Assembly: GCA_025449835.1 (NCBI GenBank)
Contig: JANWIO010000052.1
Coordinates: 183-64,182, forward strand
DNA length: 64,000 bases
Origin: Vampirovibrionales bacterium
GTDB lineage: Bacteria > Cyanobacteriota > Vampirovibrionia > Vampirovibrionales > JAGQHJ01
Reading direction: 5' to 3'
Part shown: positions 19,151-29,765 of the stretch, piece after piece
Layout: each line of letters begins with the position of its first letter
Numbering within the stretch: the stretch's first letter is position 1
The notes under the pieces: model-generated
Database searches by the model: none
What the model saw: only the letters and a program-made list of their open reading frames with translations
What the model was told of the DNA's origin: nothing
Made by a program: the position numbers and the translations under genes

Positions 19151-19996
19151 TTAACTGGTTTTAGAAAGGCTGTAGGCCAGAGCCCTTCGTAACACAATCA
19201 GTTCATCCTCACTAGCCAATGTCGCCGGAAACGTGAGGCTTGTATAGGTTTTATCTAGATACTGAGAAATAAATGTGTCTATTTTTTCTGTTTGGCAAGG
19301 CGCCTGAGATAATGGGTTTATCAAACACATCCGTAAAAGCCCCACCAAATCTTTTCGAGAGGGCACATTACATAAAGGGGTCTCAATTGTCTCAATCTCG
19401 ATAGGGAAAAGGTTTTCCGAAATCACCTCATAAAACTGTTTTGAATGGCACGCTTGATGAATTTCCTGGTTTACCAAGGCTTCATCCAAACGTCCTTCAG
19501 CAAATTGATAACTGATCCCAATCCGAGCCATTAAAGCTGAAGACTTATTCAGCACAATCACCAGTGACCCCTCAGGCTTTAATAGTGACACCGCAAGCTT
19601 AATTTTATTTTGAATATCTTCCAGACCCTTAAAATGGTAAAGCATATGGGACATCGTAATGAGGTGAAATCCCTCTGGAAAATCCTGCTGAATTTTTTTA
19701 CAGGCAAATGGCTCCCACCGATAAGGGTAAACCCTCTCAAATTGTTGTTTTAAAGCAGCAACACAGCGTGGGTTTGGTTCCAACACCACCAAGTTGTCCG
19801 TGTAATCCCGCATTAATGAGGGCAAATGCCCCTGTCCTGCCCCAATATCTAAAACCGAAAACCCTGGCCGTTTGGTTTCAGGTAAAAGCCCTTTGAGATG
19901 TAGCTTTGAAACGGTTTCATTATTTTGCAAGGAGTATTGATGAAAAAGCCCCAATGCTTCCTCAAAAACGTCTGTGTCTAAAGCCATCTTATCCAT
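19151..19996 (-). CDS. class I SAM-dependent methyltransferase
   Basis: Motif I VLDIGAGQGHL; overall Methyltransf_11/12-like architecture. Confidence 0.65.
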   Translation of the reverse strand: MDKMALDTDVFEEALGLFHQYSLQNNETVSKLHLKGLLPETKRPGFSVLDIGAGQGHLPSLMRDYTDNLVVLEPNPRCVAALKQQFERVYPYRWEPFACKKIQQDFPEGFHLITMSHMLYHFKGLEDIQNKIKLAVSLLKPEGSLVIVLNKSSALMARIGISYQFAEGRLDEALVNQEIHQACHSKQFYEVISENLFPIEIETIETPLCNVPSRKDLVGLLRMCLINPLSQAPCQTEKIDTFISQYLDKTYTSLTFPATLASEDELIVLRRALAYSLSKTS

Positions 19997-20241
19997 TCCT
20001 AACTGACGAAACCTGATCCATCTTGACCCATCTCACCCAAAAATAACTTCACTTAAATGGCCTAATTTATCTTTACTAAGAAAGTCAAAAAAATCTCAAT
20101 TTGATCTCAGCTCCGCAAAAGGCCTCTTACAGGCAAATGACTTTGGTCATAAACTTGGCTTTAGGATTTTTCAACAAAGATGATGCAGAATCATAGACTT
20201 GTACATGGATTTTTTTCTGCATTATAATAGGAAACCTACAC

Positions 20242-20313
20242 GCGGGAGTAATTCAGTGGTAGAATGCTTCCTTGCCAAGGAAGATGTCGCGAGTTCGAGC
20301 CTCGTCTCCCGCT
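20242..20313 (+). tRNA. tRNA-Gly (anticodon GCC)
   Basis: GCGGGAGTAATTCAGTGGTAGAATGCTTCCTTGCCAAGGAAG...GTTCGAGCCTCGTCTCCCGCT; acceptor GCGGGAG/CTCCCGC; anticodon loop CTTGCCAAG. Confidence 0.85.
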
Positions 20314-20381
20314 TTTGATTAAATTTTGTATTCCTGGTATACAATAGTTTGCGTCTTGTTTGAAATAGAGTACTCCGTTTA

Positions 20382-21773
20382 ATGAAAGTTGATGTCGAAA
20401 AAGCAGATCAGCACACAGCCCAAATCGTTCTTGAAATTGATGCCGAACATGCCGGTATGGAATACAACAAAGCCTGTAAGCGTTTAGGGCAACGTCTTAA
20501 TATTCCAGGTTTTCGTAGAGGAAAAGCACCCAAACAAGTGGTTGAAAAAGCCATTGGTGTAGAACGCATTAAGCAAGAGGTTTTGGACCGGATTTTACCC
20601 CATGCCTTTGCTGACGCCATTAGTGAACACCAGCTTGAAGTGGTTGCCCCCCCGCAAGTTGAAAAATACACGTTTGAGATGGGGCAATCTTTAACGGTGC
20701 AAGCCACTGTTGAACTGCGTCCTGTTGTTGAGTTAGCTGATCTAAGCCATATTAAGGCCGATGTTGCGCTATATGAAATTCCGGCTGATGCCTTAGACAA
20801 CGAACTTTTACAGATTCGGGAAAGAATGACCACCCTGGAAACCATCATTGATCGACCTGCTGAATTGACGGATATTGTCAATATCGACTTTACCGGGGCC
20901 GTTAATGGAGAACTCATTCGTGGCGGCGCTGCCAAAAATTATCAATTGGACATCAGCAACAATAATTTTATCGAAGGGTTTGCAGAACAAATTCCAGGCC
21001 ATAAAATTGGCGAAGAGTTTACCCTCCACGTCCAATTTCCATCGGAATATCATGATCAGACGCTCGCTGGAAAACCTGCTGATTTTACCGTGAAAATCAA
21101 CGAAATTAAGCACAAGGTTGTTCCTGAGCTGGATGATGACTTGGCCAGAAAATGTGGCCCCTACGAAAGCGTTGAAAAGCTGAAAGAAGAAGTTCAGAAA
21201 TTCCTGGAAAAATCAGCCGAAACAGAAAACACATTCCGAAAACAAAAAGCCCTGATTGACAGAGTGGTTGATGACTCCAAAATGGATGTTCCTGACGCCA
21301 TGATCAATCGGGAAGCTCGGATTTTACTAGAAGAAATTCAACAAGGGTTTAAAAGCCAAGGCATGAATTGGGAACAATTTGTAGATTCCCAAGGCCACGA
21401 GAAAATCTGGCAAAATCTTAGACAGGAAGCTTTGAGAAGAATCCAAACCAGTTTAACCTTTGGAGCCATTGCCAAACAGGAAGGTGTCGCTGTTACAGAA
21501 GCGGAATTTCAACAAGAAGTTGTCAATTTGGCAAAAGAGCGTAACATGGACGAAAAACAAGCCATGAAGCAATTGGCTAATACGCCTGAATCGGCCCAAG
21601 CCGTTGCAGATGATATTTTGAGCCGTAAAATTGTCGACTTCCTTTTAAGTCGGGCTGAATTCAACGTTGTTCAAGAATCACCCGAACAAAGCGAAAACAA
21701 ATCTTTACATGAGGCCGTGGCCGTTGCAAGCTCCTTAGAGAAAGAAGAATATGAGGTTCTGGCAGAAGATTAA
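20382..21773 (+). CDS. tig: trigger factor
   Basis: 463 aa; N-terminal ribosome-binding region with GFRRGKAPK; gene order tig-clpP-clpX. Confidence 0.85.
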   Translation: MKVDVEKADQHTAQIVLEIDAEHAGMEYNKACKRLGQRLNIPGFRRGKAPKQVVEKAIGVERIKQEVLDRILPHAFADAISEHQLEVVAPPQVEKYTFEMGQSLTVQATVELRPVVELADLSHIKADVALYEIPADALDNELLQIRERMTTLETIIDRPAELTDIVNIDFTGAVNGELIRGGAAKNYQLDISNNNFIEGFAEQIPGHKIGEEFTLHVQFPSEYHDQTLAGKPADFTVKINEIKHKVVPELDDDLARKCGPYESVEKLKEEVQKFLEKSAETENTFRKQKALIDRVVDDSKMDVPDAMINREARILLEEIQQGFKSQGMNWEQFVDSQGHEKIWQNLRQEALRRIQTSLTFGAIAKQEGVAVTEAEFQQEVVNLAKERNMDEKQAMKQLANTPESAQAVADDILSRKIVDFLLSRAEFNVVQESPEQSENKSLHEAVAVASSLEKEEYEVLAED

Positions 21774-21821
21774 TTCGAATTAACACCACGTTTTATTCAG
21801 CGATAGAAGAGGTTTTTTAAG

Positions 21822-22475
21822 ATGAGTCAGATTATTAGCACGAGTCAGAGTCAGTCTAACCCAATTATTAATCCGTACGCCTTTGTTCCAGTGGTTGTTG
21901 AGCAATCAAGCCGGGGCGAACGTTCTTTTGATATCTTTTCTCGTCTGTTACGGGAACGAATTGTTTTCTTAGGAACACCGGTAGATGACATGGTGGCAAA
22001 CACTATTGTGGCTCAGCTCTTATTACTCGACTCTGAAAACCCCGAAAAAGACATTATGCTGTACATTAACAGCCCTGGTGGGAGCGTTACAGCTGGATTT
22101 GCCATCTATGACACCATTCAACATATCCGAGCCGATGTGGCAACCATTTGTTTAGGCCAAGCCGCCAGCATGGGTGCATTTTTGTTGGCCTGTGGAACCG
22201 CTGGAAAGAGAATGGCTTTACCCCACTCAAGAGTCCTGATACACCAGCCTCTTGGTGGTGCACAAGGGCAGGCAACCGATATTGAGATCCAGGCTGCTGA
22301 AATTAACCGGATGAAAAAGTTGATTAATGAGCTATTGTCGCATCATACAGGTCAGTCACTCAAAAAGATTGAGAAAGACACGGATCGCGACTATATCATG
22401 TCTGCAGAAGAGTCTGTAGCTTACGGAATGGTGGATAAAGTAATTACAAGAGTTGAAGAGGCACAAGAAGCCTAG
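21822..22475 (+). CDS. clpP: ATP-dependent Clp protease proteolytic subunit
   Basis: [56 protein letters not shown] and the Ser-His-Asp context [11 protein letters not shown]...IHQP. Confidence 0.9.
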   Translation: MSQIISTSQSQSNPIINPYAFVPVVVEQSSRGERSFDIFSRLLRERIVFLGTPVDDMVANTIVAQLLLLDSENPEKDIMLYINSPGGSVTAGFAIYDTIQHIRADVATICLGQAASMGAFLLACGTAGKRMALPHSRVLIHQPLGGAQGQATDIEIQAAEINRMKKLINELLSHHTGQSLKKIEKDTDRDYIMSAEESVAYGMVDKVITRVEEAQEA

Positions 22476-22596
22476 TATCATGTGATCAGGATCTAAAAGA
22501 TCAAAATCGGTTATTCAAGATCTTACGGAAACGGATCGAAGGTATATTGAAGGGCATCAACTTTATATTAATCCCTCAATTGTGGAGGACAGCACC

Positions 22597-23895
22597 ATGG
22601 CAAAACATGACGATAGCAGGCTAAAATGCTCCTTCTGCGGCAAAAGTCAGGATCAAGTTAAGAAACTGATTGCAGGCCCAGAGGTTTATATCTGTGATGA
22701 ATGCGTTGACCTCTGCAATGAGATTTTAGATGAAGAGTTTTTTGAAGCTGAAGAGGGAGAAAAAACAGCCTCTCCGGTTGAGATGACGAAGGTTCCCAAA
22801 CCAGCAGAGATTAAATCTTTCTTGGATGAGCACATTGTGGGACAGGATGATGCCAAAAAAGTGCTTTCCGTCGCTGTTTATAACCACTATAAACGCATTA
22901 GCCATAATACCAGTAACGAAACCAATAAAAACGGTGTTGAAATTCAAAAAAGCAATATTTTACTCGTTGGCCCGTCGGGTTGCGGTAAAACGCTGTTGGC
23001 TCAGACATTGGCCAAACTCCTTGAAGTTCCTTTTGCTGTGGCCGATGCAACCACCTTAACAGAAGCGGGTTATGTGGGAGATGATGTTGAAAATATCCTG
23101 TTACGCTTATACCAAGCGGCGGATTATGACGCTGCTAAGGCGGAACAAGGGATTATCTACATCGATGAAATTGATAAGATTGCCCGTAAATCCGAGAATC
23201 CTAGCATTACCCGAGATGTCAGTGGTGAAGGGGTTCAACAGGCCCTGTTAAAAATGATTGAGGGCACTATTGCCAACGTTCCTCCTCAAGGTGGTCGCAA
23301 GCACCCCCATCAAGAATTTATTCAAATTAACACTGGCAATATCCTTTTTATCTGTGGTGGAGCCTTTGTTGGACTCGAAAAAATTGTGGAAAGCCGCGTT
23401 GCTTCCGGAAAATCGGTTGGCTTTGGCGCATCTTCTCCAAAGCATTTATATGAACGAGAATTGGCAGCAGCCAGGACTTTAAAACAGCTTCAACCTGAAG
23501 ATCTTTTAAAATTCGGCTTGATTCCGGAGTTTATTGGCCGAATTCCCGTTACAGCCGTTCTAGATCCGTTGGATGAAGAAGCCCTGATGCAGATTTTGAG
23601 CGCACCGAAAAACGCTGTCTTTAAGCAATATCAAGAGTTGCTCTCAATGGATGGTGTTGAGCTGGAATTTGAACAAGAAGCCGCACAAGCCATTGCAAAA
23701 GAAGCACTTAAGCGCAGAACGGGTGCTCGTGCATTGAAATCAATTGTTGAAGAGCTGATGCTGGAATTGATGTACGAAGTCCCCTCCAGAACAGACATTA
23801 AAAAAGTTGTGATCACCCAAGATATGGTGGAAAAGCGCTCTGTTGCTGAAATTATCCGTCTGCCCGAAAAACAGCCCAAAAGCGAAATCGCTTAA
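22597..23895 (+). CDS. clpX: ATP-dependent Clp protease ATP-binding subunit ClpX
   Basis: Zn-finger CSFCGKS...CDEC; Walker [11 protein letters not shown]; Walker [11 protein letters not shown]; start chosen at the ATG at 22597 preceded by GGAGG (the track ORF begins at an upstream GTG, 22582). Confidence 0.9.
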   Translation: MAKHDDSRLKCSFCGKSQDQVKKLIAGPEVYICDECVDLCNEILDEEFFEAEEGEKTASPVEMTKVPKPAEIKSFLDEHIVGQDDAKKVLSVAVYNHYKRISHNTSNETNKNGVEIQKSNILLVGPSGCGKTLLAQTLAKLLEVPFAVADATTLTEAGYVGDDVENILLRLYQAADYDAAKAEQGIIYIDEIDKIARKSENPSITRDVSGEGVQQALLKMIEGTIANVPPQGGRKHPHQEFIQINTGNILFICGGAFVGLEKIVESRVASGKSVGFGASSPKHLYERELAAARTLKQLQPEDLLKFGLIPEFIGRIPVTAVLDPLDEEALMQILSAPKNAVFKQYQELLSMDGVELEFEQEAAQAIAKEALKRRTGARALKSIVEELMLELMYEVPSRTDIKKVVITQDMVEKRSVAEIIRLPEKQPKSEIA

Positions 23896-23907
23896 AACTT
23901 CTTTTTT

Positions 23908-24573
23908 CTAGTGATTGCTGCCTGAAACAGGATGGGTGGCAAGCCATTTCAGCACATGCTGAAGTACTTCTTCAGATGTCAAGCTTCCTGCTGTGGGTGT
24001 GGTGGTTTGTAAATGGCTCAAGCCTTGATAAATTTCCTGAATATCATACCCCAATGAGAGTAAAACGGTTTCCGCTTCTTGAAAAGCAGGCGCTTCTATT
24101 AAAGTCGGTTGCGTATCACCTACCAACGGCACATGACTGATTCGCTCTGAACGCCATTTGGTCAATTTATCTTTCAGTTCAATAGTGATTTTTTGAGCCA
24201 GTTTCGGGCCAACCCCTTTGGCAGTAGTTAACCGTTTATGATCGGCACTCATAATGGCAGAAGCCAATTCCGAAACGCTGAGTTGAGACATTAAGGCCAA
24301 GGCCACCTTAAACCCGACACCAGAGGCCGTTCCAAGGATATCAAACAGCTCTCGTTCTTCTCGGGTTAAAAATCCCACCAATTGCATGGCATCTTCACGC
24401 ACAATCAGGGAAGTATACACCATAATAGGGTCTTGCACGGGTGGAGACTGAAGAAAAGAAAGTACACTGGTATACACTTGATAGCCAATCCCTTGAACAT
24501 CAACAACCCAATATGCTCCGCCCGAGGGAATTTCCCCTTTATGCGTAAGTGTGCCTTTAAGATGCGTAATCAT
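23908..24573 (-). CDS. ruvA: Holliday junction branch-migration protein RuvA
   Basis: N-terminus MITHLKGTL...VVDVQGIGYQVYTS (OB fold); HhH region LFDILGTASGVGFKVALALMS...LTTAKGVGPKLAQKI. Confidence 0.85.
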   Translation of the reverse strand: MITHLKGTLTHKGEIPSGGAYWVVDVQGIGYQVYTSVLSFLQSPPVQDPIMVYTSLIVREDAMQLVGFLTREERELFDILGTASGVGFKVALALMSQLSVSELASAIMSADHKRLTTAKGVGPKLAQKITIELKDKLTKWRSERISHVPLVGDTQPTLIEAPAFQEAETVLLSLGYDIQEIYQGLSHLQTTTPTAGSLTSEEVLQHVLKWLATHPVSGSNH

Positions 24574-24719
24574 ATTGGTATTGTACAGAACAGCCCCTCA
24601 AAAAGCCAGCCCAACCAGGGCTCGGTTGCCCTCAGATTCAATTCCCATTCTCCGGGATTTGCCTTGTCAAAGGCCATCTCTTTCGGCTACAATAGGAGCT
24701 CAGACTTCCAGATTGAGAT

Positions 24720-24795
24720 GGGCGGTTGGCGCAGTTGGTAGCGCACTTGATCGACATTCAAGTGGTCACTGGTTCGAGTCCAGTACCGCCCACCA
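24720..24795 (+). tRNA. tRNA-Val (anticodon GAC), CCA encoded
   Basis: GGGCGGTTGGCGCAGTTGGTAGCGCACTTGATCGACATTCAAGTGGTCACTGGTTCGAGTCCAGTACCGCCCACCA; anticodon loop TCGACAT. Confidence 0.85.
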
Positions 24796-24891
24796 CTTTT
24801 CTTTCTAAAAGGCAGAACTTGAACCAAAATGCAAATTAGACATCACACTTTTTGGGTGTCTATTTTAACATCTATCGTCAGTTCGTAAGGA

Positions 24892-25527
24892 TTACTTTTT
24901 GCGGGTCACACAACCCAATTTAATCATCTGAAGGAATAAATCATCAGCCTCTTTAATTTCACTTGGCAGTAGCCAAACACTATTAGATTTGAATATTTTG
25001 AAGCCCGAATCTTTAAGAGAATGAAGCCGAAAAACATGGGTATTAACAGCCTGTAGCAGCATATTTTTCGCTTCTCGCAGAAAAACCATCGGCGTTTTCT
25101 TTTTGCCCTCTGTCCCTTCAACTAACTCCCTCTTTAATAAATGTTGCCATTTAAAAGCGTGTGGGCTCTGATCAATCTGCTCAGGGTGTTCAATAATTTC
25201 TTTTATCGTTTTGCGTAATACATCCTCACTGGGAGCATTACCACTGCGAAGCGCCGTTGTTAATTGTCCAACCTTTTGATGCACTCCAAAAGGATGATGA
25301 TTTAGCAAGACAAAGCTATCTTTCCACCCTTCTTTACGTAAATCTTCATCATTTAGTTCAAATAAAACTTCCTCAGGACGATTTCCACGAACCGTAATTT
25401 CTAACTGCCCAAACCGAGGCATTTTGGTAGGTTTCACAATCATCTTAACGTATAACCTTCTTGCTTCTTTGCTTCGGCATGATAATACCAATATAGCCAG
25501 AAATACACTTATTGCACCCCACCCCAA
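24892..25527 (-). CDS. hypothetical protein with an N-terminal membrane anchor
   Basis: Hydrophobic N-terminus GWGAISVFLAILVLS; no known domain. Confidence 0.4.
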   Translation of the reverse strand: MGWGAISVFLAILVLSCRSKEARRLYVKMIVKPTKMPRFGQLEITVRGNRPEEVLFELNDEDLRKEGWKDSFVLLNHHPFGVHQKVGQLTTALRSGNAPSEDVLRKTIKEIIEHPEQIDQSPHAFKWQHLLKRELVEGTEGKKKTPMVFLREAKNMLLQAVNTHVFRLHSLKDSGFKIFKSNSVWLLPSEIKEADDLFLQMIKLGCVTRKK

Positions 25528-25691
25528 CAGAAATTATTTAAAAATCTTTGGGTCAGGTTGAACCACGGATTCATTAAAATTTGTAAAATAAAAGAACCCC
25601 CTTTGAAACTTTTTGAGAGGGGACAAAGTAACATCTGCAAAGGCAGGCTCTCCGGGTTTAACAGAAACCAACTTGGAAAGGACCATCCTCG

Positions 25692-26039
25692 ATGAAAAAC
25701 CAACTCTCTGGGTTGATGGCTTTATGCTTTATTGGGCTATTAAGCATGGGCTTATCCTCCAATGCCATTGCCACCTCAAAAACAGTTCAGCAGAGACACC
25801 TCAACCCTAATGAAGTTATAAAGCCAAAGTCAAACCTCTACCAAGAAGCCCAAAAAGACAATACAAAGCTGGATGGCGACTATAAAATGCTCATGAATGA
25901 AGATAAAGCCCTACCCAAAGAAGAACAAACGTTTGCCAAAGCCAACATCAACCAAATTAGCCCAGCCGAACAACAAAAAATTGATCAGGATGAAACAACC
26001 CTAAAAAAACAAATTGATCAGGATGATCACCGTCAATAA
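25692..26039 (+). CDS. small secreted protein (signal peptide; K/Q/D/E-rich)
   Basis: Signal-peptide-like MKNQLSGLMALCFIGLLSMGLSSNAIA; followed by a rho-independent terminator. Confidence 0.5.
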   Translation: MKNQLSGLMALCFIGLLSMGLSSNAIATSKTVQQRHLNPNEVIKPKSNLYQEAQKDNTKLDGDYKMLMNEDKALPKEEQTFAKANINQISPAEQQKIDQDETTLKKQIDQDDHRQ

Positions 26040-26068
26040 GTTCTCTTCATTCATGTGATGATTCATGT

Positions 26069-26105
26069 CCCACCGCTAAAGCACTTGGCGGTGGGTTCTT
26101 TTTTG
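26069..26105 (+). terminator. rho-independent terminator
   Basis: CCCACCGC (26069-76) pairs with GCGGTGGG (26088-95), followed by TTCTTTTTTG. Confidence 0.6.
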
Positions 26106-26255
26106 TTCCGCTAATTGGTATCCCCCATGGAGTACCAAAATCATGAAAATTGTCATATTTCTTTATAAATTAGCAATGAAATCCCTTGAGACGCGTTTTA
26201 CACATTACAACACATCACAAATCACAGAGATACAGTAATAGAGGAGAAATACCTA

Positions 26256-26461
26256 TGAAAGTTCATGCGCCCGTAACCATTGCAAGAAAATTGCACTCTC
26301 TTAAAGTAGCAGCCAGAAGACAAGGCCCAAGATCTGCCGCTGCCACTGGGTTACAGAATTATCAGGCAAAATTACAACAAGCCGGTCTGCGTCTCAGTAC
26401 GATTGCTTATGTCTTAAACATCTCAAACTGTTTTTGTCAAAGGTTCACATCATCTCGGTAA
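26256..26461 (+). CDS. small hypothetical basic protein (68 aa)
   Basis: ATG at 26256 preceded by AGAGGAGAAATACCT (good RBS); no domain. Confidence 0.3.
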
Positions 26462-26516
26462 TGTTGTGAACCTTTTGTGTGTGTCACAATACGCTTGTAA
26501 AATTACAGTTTGACAG

Positions 26517-27518
26517 ATGGACGCTCTATCTCCCATGCTTCTTGTCACTGGCGGTGCTGGCTACATTGGCAGCCATTTTATTAAAACCTACCTTACCCAA
26601 AACCCAGATGCCCAAGTGGTGGTTGTCGACAACTTGTCTGAAGGCCACCCCCAAGCCTTGGATTTTTCAGACCGGATTCTTTTTTTCCAGGAAAACATTG
26701 GGAATATCCATGAGATGGGTGAAATTTTCAAGCGCCACCCCATTGATGCCATAGTTCACTTTGCCGCCAGTTGCTGCGTTGGCGAATCACAAACCCAGCC
26801 CACCCGTTATTTTCAAAACAATGTGGTCAATACCCTCAACTTGCTAAAAGCCATGGATGAAGCCAACATCCGCAAGTTTCTATTCTCCTCCACGTGCGCC
26901 ACCTACGGCACGCCCCAACGACTACCCCTGGATGAATCCCATCCTCAAAACCCCATTAATGTGTACGGCCAAACCAAACTGATGATAGAGCAAGCTTTAC
27001 AAACATACAGCGCCACCTTGGGATGGTCTTATACTGCGCTGCGATATTTTAACGCAGCAGGGGGCGATAACAGTGGACTCATTGGCGAGGGACATAGCCC
27101 CGAAACCCACTTGATCCCGTTGGTGCTTAAAGCAGCTTTAGGTAAACGAGATGCCATTGAAATTTATGGGAACGATTATGACACCCCAGATGGCACCTGC
27201 ATCAGAGATTACGTCCATGTCAACGACCTGGCCATGGCACATTGCAAAGCCCTTGAACGCCTGAACACCCAACAAGGGGGCGATGCCTTTAATTTAGGAA
27301 CCACCCATGGCGCCTCTGTACAAGAGGTAATCACCCTTTGCCAAAAAGTGACGGGACGAGACATCCCTATTAACCATGCACCTCGTCGCCCAGGAGACCC
27401 ACCGGTATTGGTTGCCAATGCCGATAAAGCCTTCTCGTTACTAAACTGGGCTCCCCAATACACCCTGGAAAAAATTATTGAGACCGCTTGGGCTTGGGAA
27501 CAAACTCCCCGATATTAA
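26517..27518 (+). CDS. galE: UDP-glucose 4-epimerase
   Basis: NAD-binding LLVTGGAGYIGSH; catalytic YGQTK; C-terminal YGNDYDTPDGTCIRDYVHVNDLA, typical of GalE. Confidence 0.88.
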   Translation: MDALSPMLLVTGGAGYIGSHFIKTYLTQNPDAQVVVVDNLSEGHPQALDFSDRILFFQENIGNIHEMGEIFKRHPIDAIVHFAASCCVGESQTQPTRYFQNNVVNTLNLLKAMDEANIRKFLFSSTCATYGTPQRLPLDESHPQNPINVYGQTKLMIEQALQTYSATLGWSYTALRYFNAAGGDNSGLIGEGHSPETHLIPLVLKAALGKRDAIEIYGNDYDTPDGTCIRDYVHVNDLAMAHCKALERLNTQQGGDAFNLGTTHGASVQEVITLCQKVTGRDIPINHAPRRPGDPPVLVANADKAFSLLNWAPQYTLEKIIETAWAWEQTPRY

Positions 27519-28189
27519 ACCGCCCCAAAAGCAGATTCTTGGTCTGAAGGGATGAGGGAGCGGCCAAAGACCTCCGAAGTTTCCTGAATCACACAGTTTT
27601 GGACGATGGGCATTGCATAAACATCCGGTGAGGCCTCCTGTAAGAGTGCTGCAAAAGATGTCATCACAGCACTTGGCAACCCACAGGGGTTTATCAATCC
27701 AAAATAACTTAAATTTGTTGACACATTCAGGGCAAAACCATGGTAGGTTACCCATTTTCGAACCGCCACCCCAATGGAGGCAATTTTGTGATCGCCCACC
27801 CACACACCAGTCCAACCTGGATTACGTCGCCCCTCAATGTCAAAATGCTTTAAAACCCGAATAAGCACTTCTTCTAGGTTCCGCAAATAGCGATGTAAAT
27901 CACGTTCCCCTTCTTGTAGTTGAAAAATGGGGTATCCTACCAACTGTCCAGGACCATGATAGGTTACATCTCCCCCACGTTCAATTTCAACAACCGGCAC
28001 ATCAGTGTTTTTGCAGATATTTTCAAGATGACTCCCGCGTCCCAAGGTAATCACGTGAGAATGTTCCCCCAATAGCAAGGTGTCATGGATTTCCTGACGG
28101 ATTCGCTGTTCCACCAACTGCTTTTGATGCTGATAAACCGCTTCATAGGGCTCTTTCTCAAAAAGTCTCCATTGAAACGGTCCTGCCAT
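27515..28189 (-). CDS. lipB: octanoyltransferase (lipoyl(octanoyl) transferase) LipB
   Basis: RGGDVTYHGPGQLVGYPI and KIASIGV..., characteristic of LipB. Confidence 0.85.
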   Translation of the reverse strand: MAGPFQWRLFEKEPYEAVYQHQKQLVEQRIRQEIHDTLLLGEHSHVITLGRGSHLENICKNTDVPVVEIERGGDVTYHGPGQLVGYPIFQLQEGERDLHRYLRNLEEVLIRVLKHFDIEGRRNPGWTGVWVGDHKIASIGVAVRKWVTYHGFALNVSTNLSYFGLINPCGLPSAVMTSFAALLQEASPDVYAMPIVQNCVIQETSEVFGRSLIPSDQESAFGAV

Positions 28190-28203
28190 AAAATAACGCT
28201 TTC

Positions 28204-29652
28204 CTATACTTTGGCAGGAGCAGGTTTTGAAGCAGTGGTTGTACTGTTGGGCTGGTAAATATGAATGGCTCGATGGTGCACCGCTTCTGCGGCCTCCATA
28301 AACGATTCAGGCAGCGTGGGATGGGTGTGAACCGTTAAGGCAATATCTTCCGAAGTAGCCCCCATTTCGATCCCCAACGCCGCTTCTGCAATTAATTCCG
28401 ACACATCCGGACCAATCATATGAACTCCCAAGAGCAAATCGGTCTTGGCATCGGCAATCACTTTCACAAAACCGTCTGTTTCATCCATCGATAGCGCCCG
28501 GCCCGATGCCGCAAAAGGAAATTTGCCAATAGATATTTCATAGCCCTTGGCCTTCGCTTCTTCTTCGGTAAAACCGACTGTGGCAATTTCAGGATCCGTG
28601 AAGATCGCAGCTGGCATCGCTCGATAATCCAGCATTTCAGATTTCCCAATAATAACCTCGGCTGCAACAAGACCTTCTTTAGAGGCTTTATGAGCCAAAA
28701 GCGGTGCCCCAACCACATCTCCAATGGCAAAAATATGGGGAATCGAAGTTCGTAACTGCTCATTCACTTGAATAAACCCTTTGGCATCGGTTTTTACCCC
28801 AATGGTGTCAAGCCCCAGGCCTTTACTATTGGGGTGCCGTCCCACAGCCACTAGCACTTTATCCGCATCAAGTTTTTTCTCACCATCCGGGGTTTCAAGC
28901 AACAACTGAGCCTTTCCACCCTGTGATGTTACCGATTTGGCCTTGCTTTCCAGATAAATATCGAGTTTCCGTTTTTTCAAAGAACGGCGCAGCGTATCTG
29001 CAATTTCTTTATCCACCCCAGGCAAAAGCTGTGGCAAGAGTTCAACCACGGAGACCTTGGCACCCAACTTAGCATACATCACCCCTAACTCTAAGCCAAT
29101 AACGCCACCACCAATCAAAACCAAGTGTTCAGGCACTTGCTGTAAGTCCAAGGCATCGGTGGAATCAATGATAATTTGATGGTCATACGTCATTCCGGGG
29201 AGTTCAACAGGGGTTGAACCAGTGGCAATTAAAAAGTTTTTTGCTTTCAGAGATTGTTTTTGCCCATTGGCATCAACCACCTCTAAGGTGTTTCGGTCTA
29301 AAAAGCGTGCGGTACCATAAACCGTTTCAATTTGGTGGCTTTTAAAGAGCTGCCCAATACCTCCCGTCAGTTTTTTCACAATCTCATTTTTCCAAGTCAC
29401 CAATTTGGGCATCTCCACCCGAACATTCTCGGCCACAATCCCCATTTTGGAAGCATTTTTCATCTTCTCAAACAAAGAGGCCCCATAAATCATGGCTTTT
29501 GAAGGAATACACCCCCAATTGAGACAAACGCCACCCAGTATTTGCTTCTCAACCACCGTTACCTTTTGCCCAAGCTGTGCCAAGCGAATGGCAGCCACGT
29601 AACCGCCAGGACCTGCACCAATAACAATCACATCTCTTGTTTGTTCAGGCAT
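28204..29652 (-). CDS. lpdA: dihydrolipoyl dehydrogenase (E3)
   Basis: FAD-binding VIVIGAGPGGYVAAIRLAQLG; redox-active GGVCLNWGCIPSK; start set at the ATG at 29652 preceded by AAGGAAGGAA. Confidence 0.9.
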   Translation of the reverse strand: MPEQTRDVIVIGAGPGGYVAAIRLAQLGQKVTVVEKQILGGVCLNWGCIPSKAMIYGASLFEKMKNASKMGIVAENVRVEMPKLVTWKNEIVKKLTGGIGQLFKSHQIETVYGTARFLDRNTLEVVDANGQKQSLKAKNFLIATGSTPVELPGMTYDHQIIIDSTDALDLQQVPEHLVLIGGGVIGLELGVMYAKLGAKVSVVELLPQLLPGVDKEIADTLRRSLKKRKLDIYLESKAKSVTSQGGKAQLLLETPDGEKKLDADKVLVAVGRHPNSKGLGLDTIGVKTDAKGFIQVNEQLRTSIPHIFAIGDVVGAPLLAHKASKEGLVAAEVIIGKSEMLDYRAMPAAIFTDPEIATVGFTEEEAKAKGYEISIGKFPFAASGRALSMDETDGFVKVIADAKTDLLLGVHMIGPDVSELIAEAALGIEMGATSEDIALTVHTHPTLPESFMEAAEAVHHRAIHIYQPNSTTTASKPAPAKV

Positions 29653-29765
29653 TGCACCAATTCCTTCCTTTAAAACAAGCAATCAACGGGAAATCATCCT
29701 TATCTCCATCTGAGACATGTTCTATCTTATGACCAAAACAGCAGAACCGCTATTGGGAGCCTGCA

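Noticed and set aside
18949-19197. 82-aa ORF on the minus strand overlapping tRNA-Met
   Set aside because: It overlaps a well-formed tRNA and the integrase 3' end, so it is a spurious frame.
22582-22596. Upstream GTG start for clpX proposed by the ORF track
   Set aside because: GGAGG lies optimally upstream of the ATG at 22597, and the conserved ClpX N-terminus begins MAKHDD...; the GTG would place the RBS inside the coding region.
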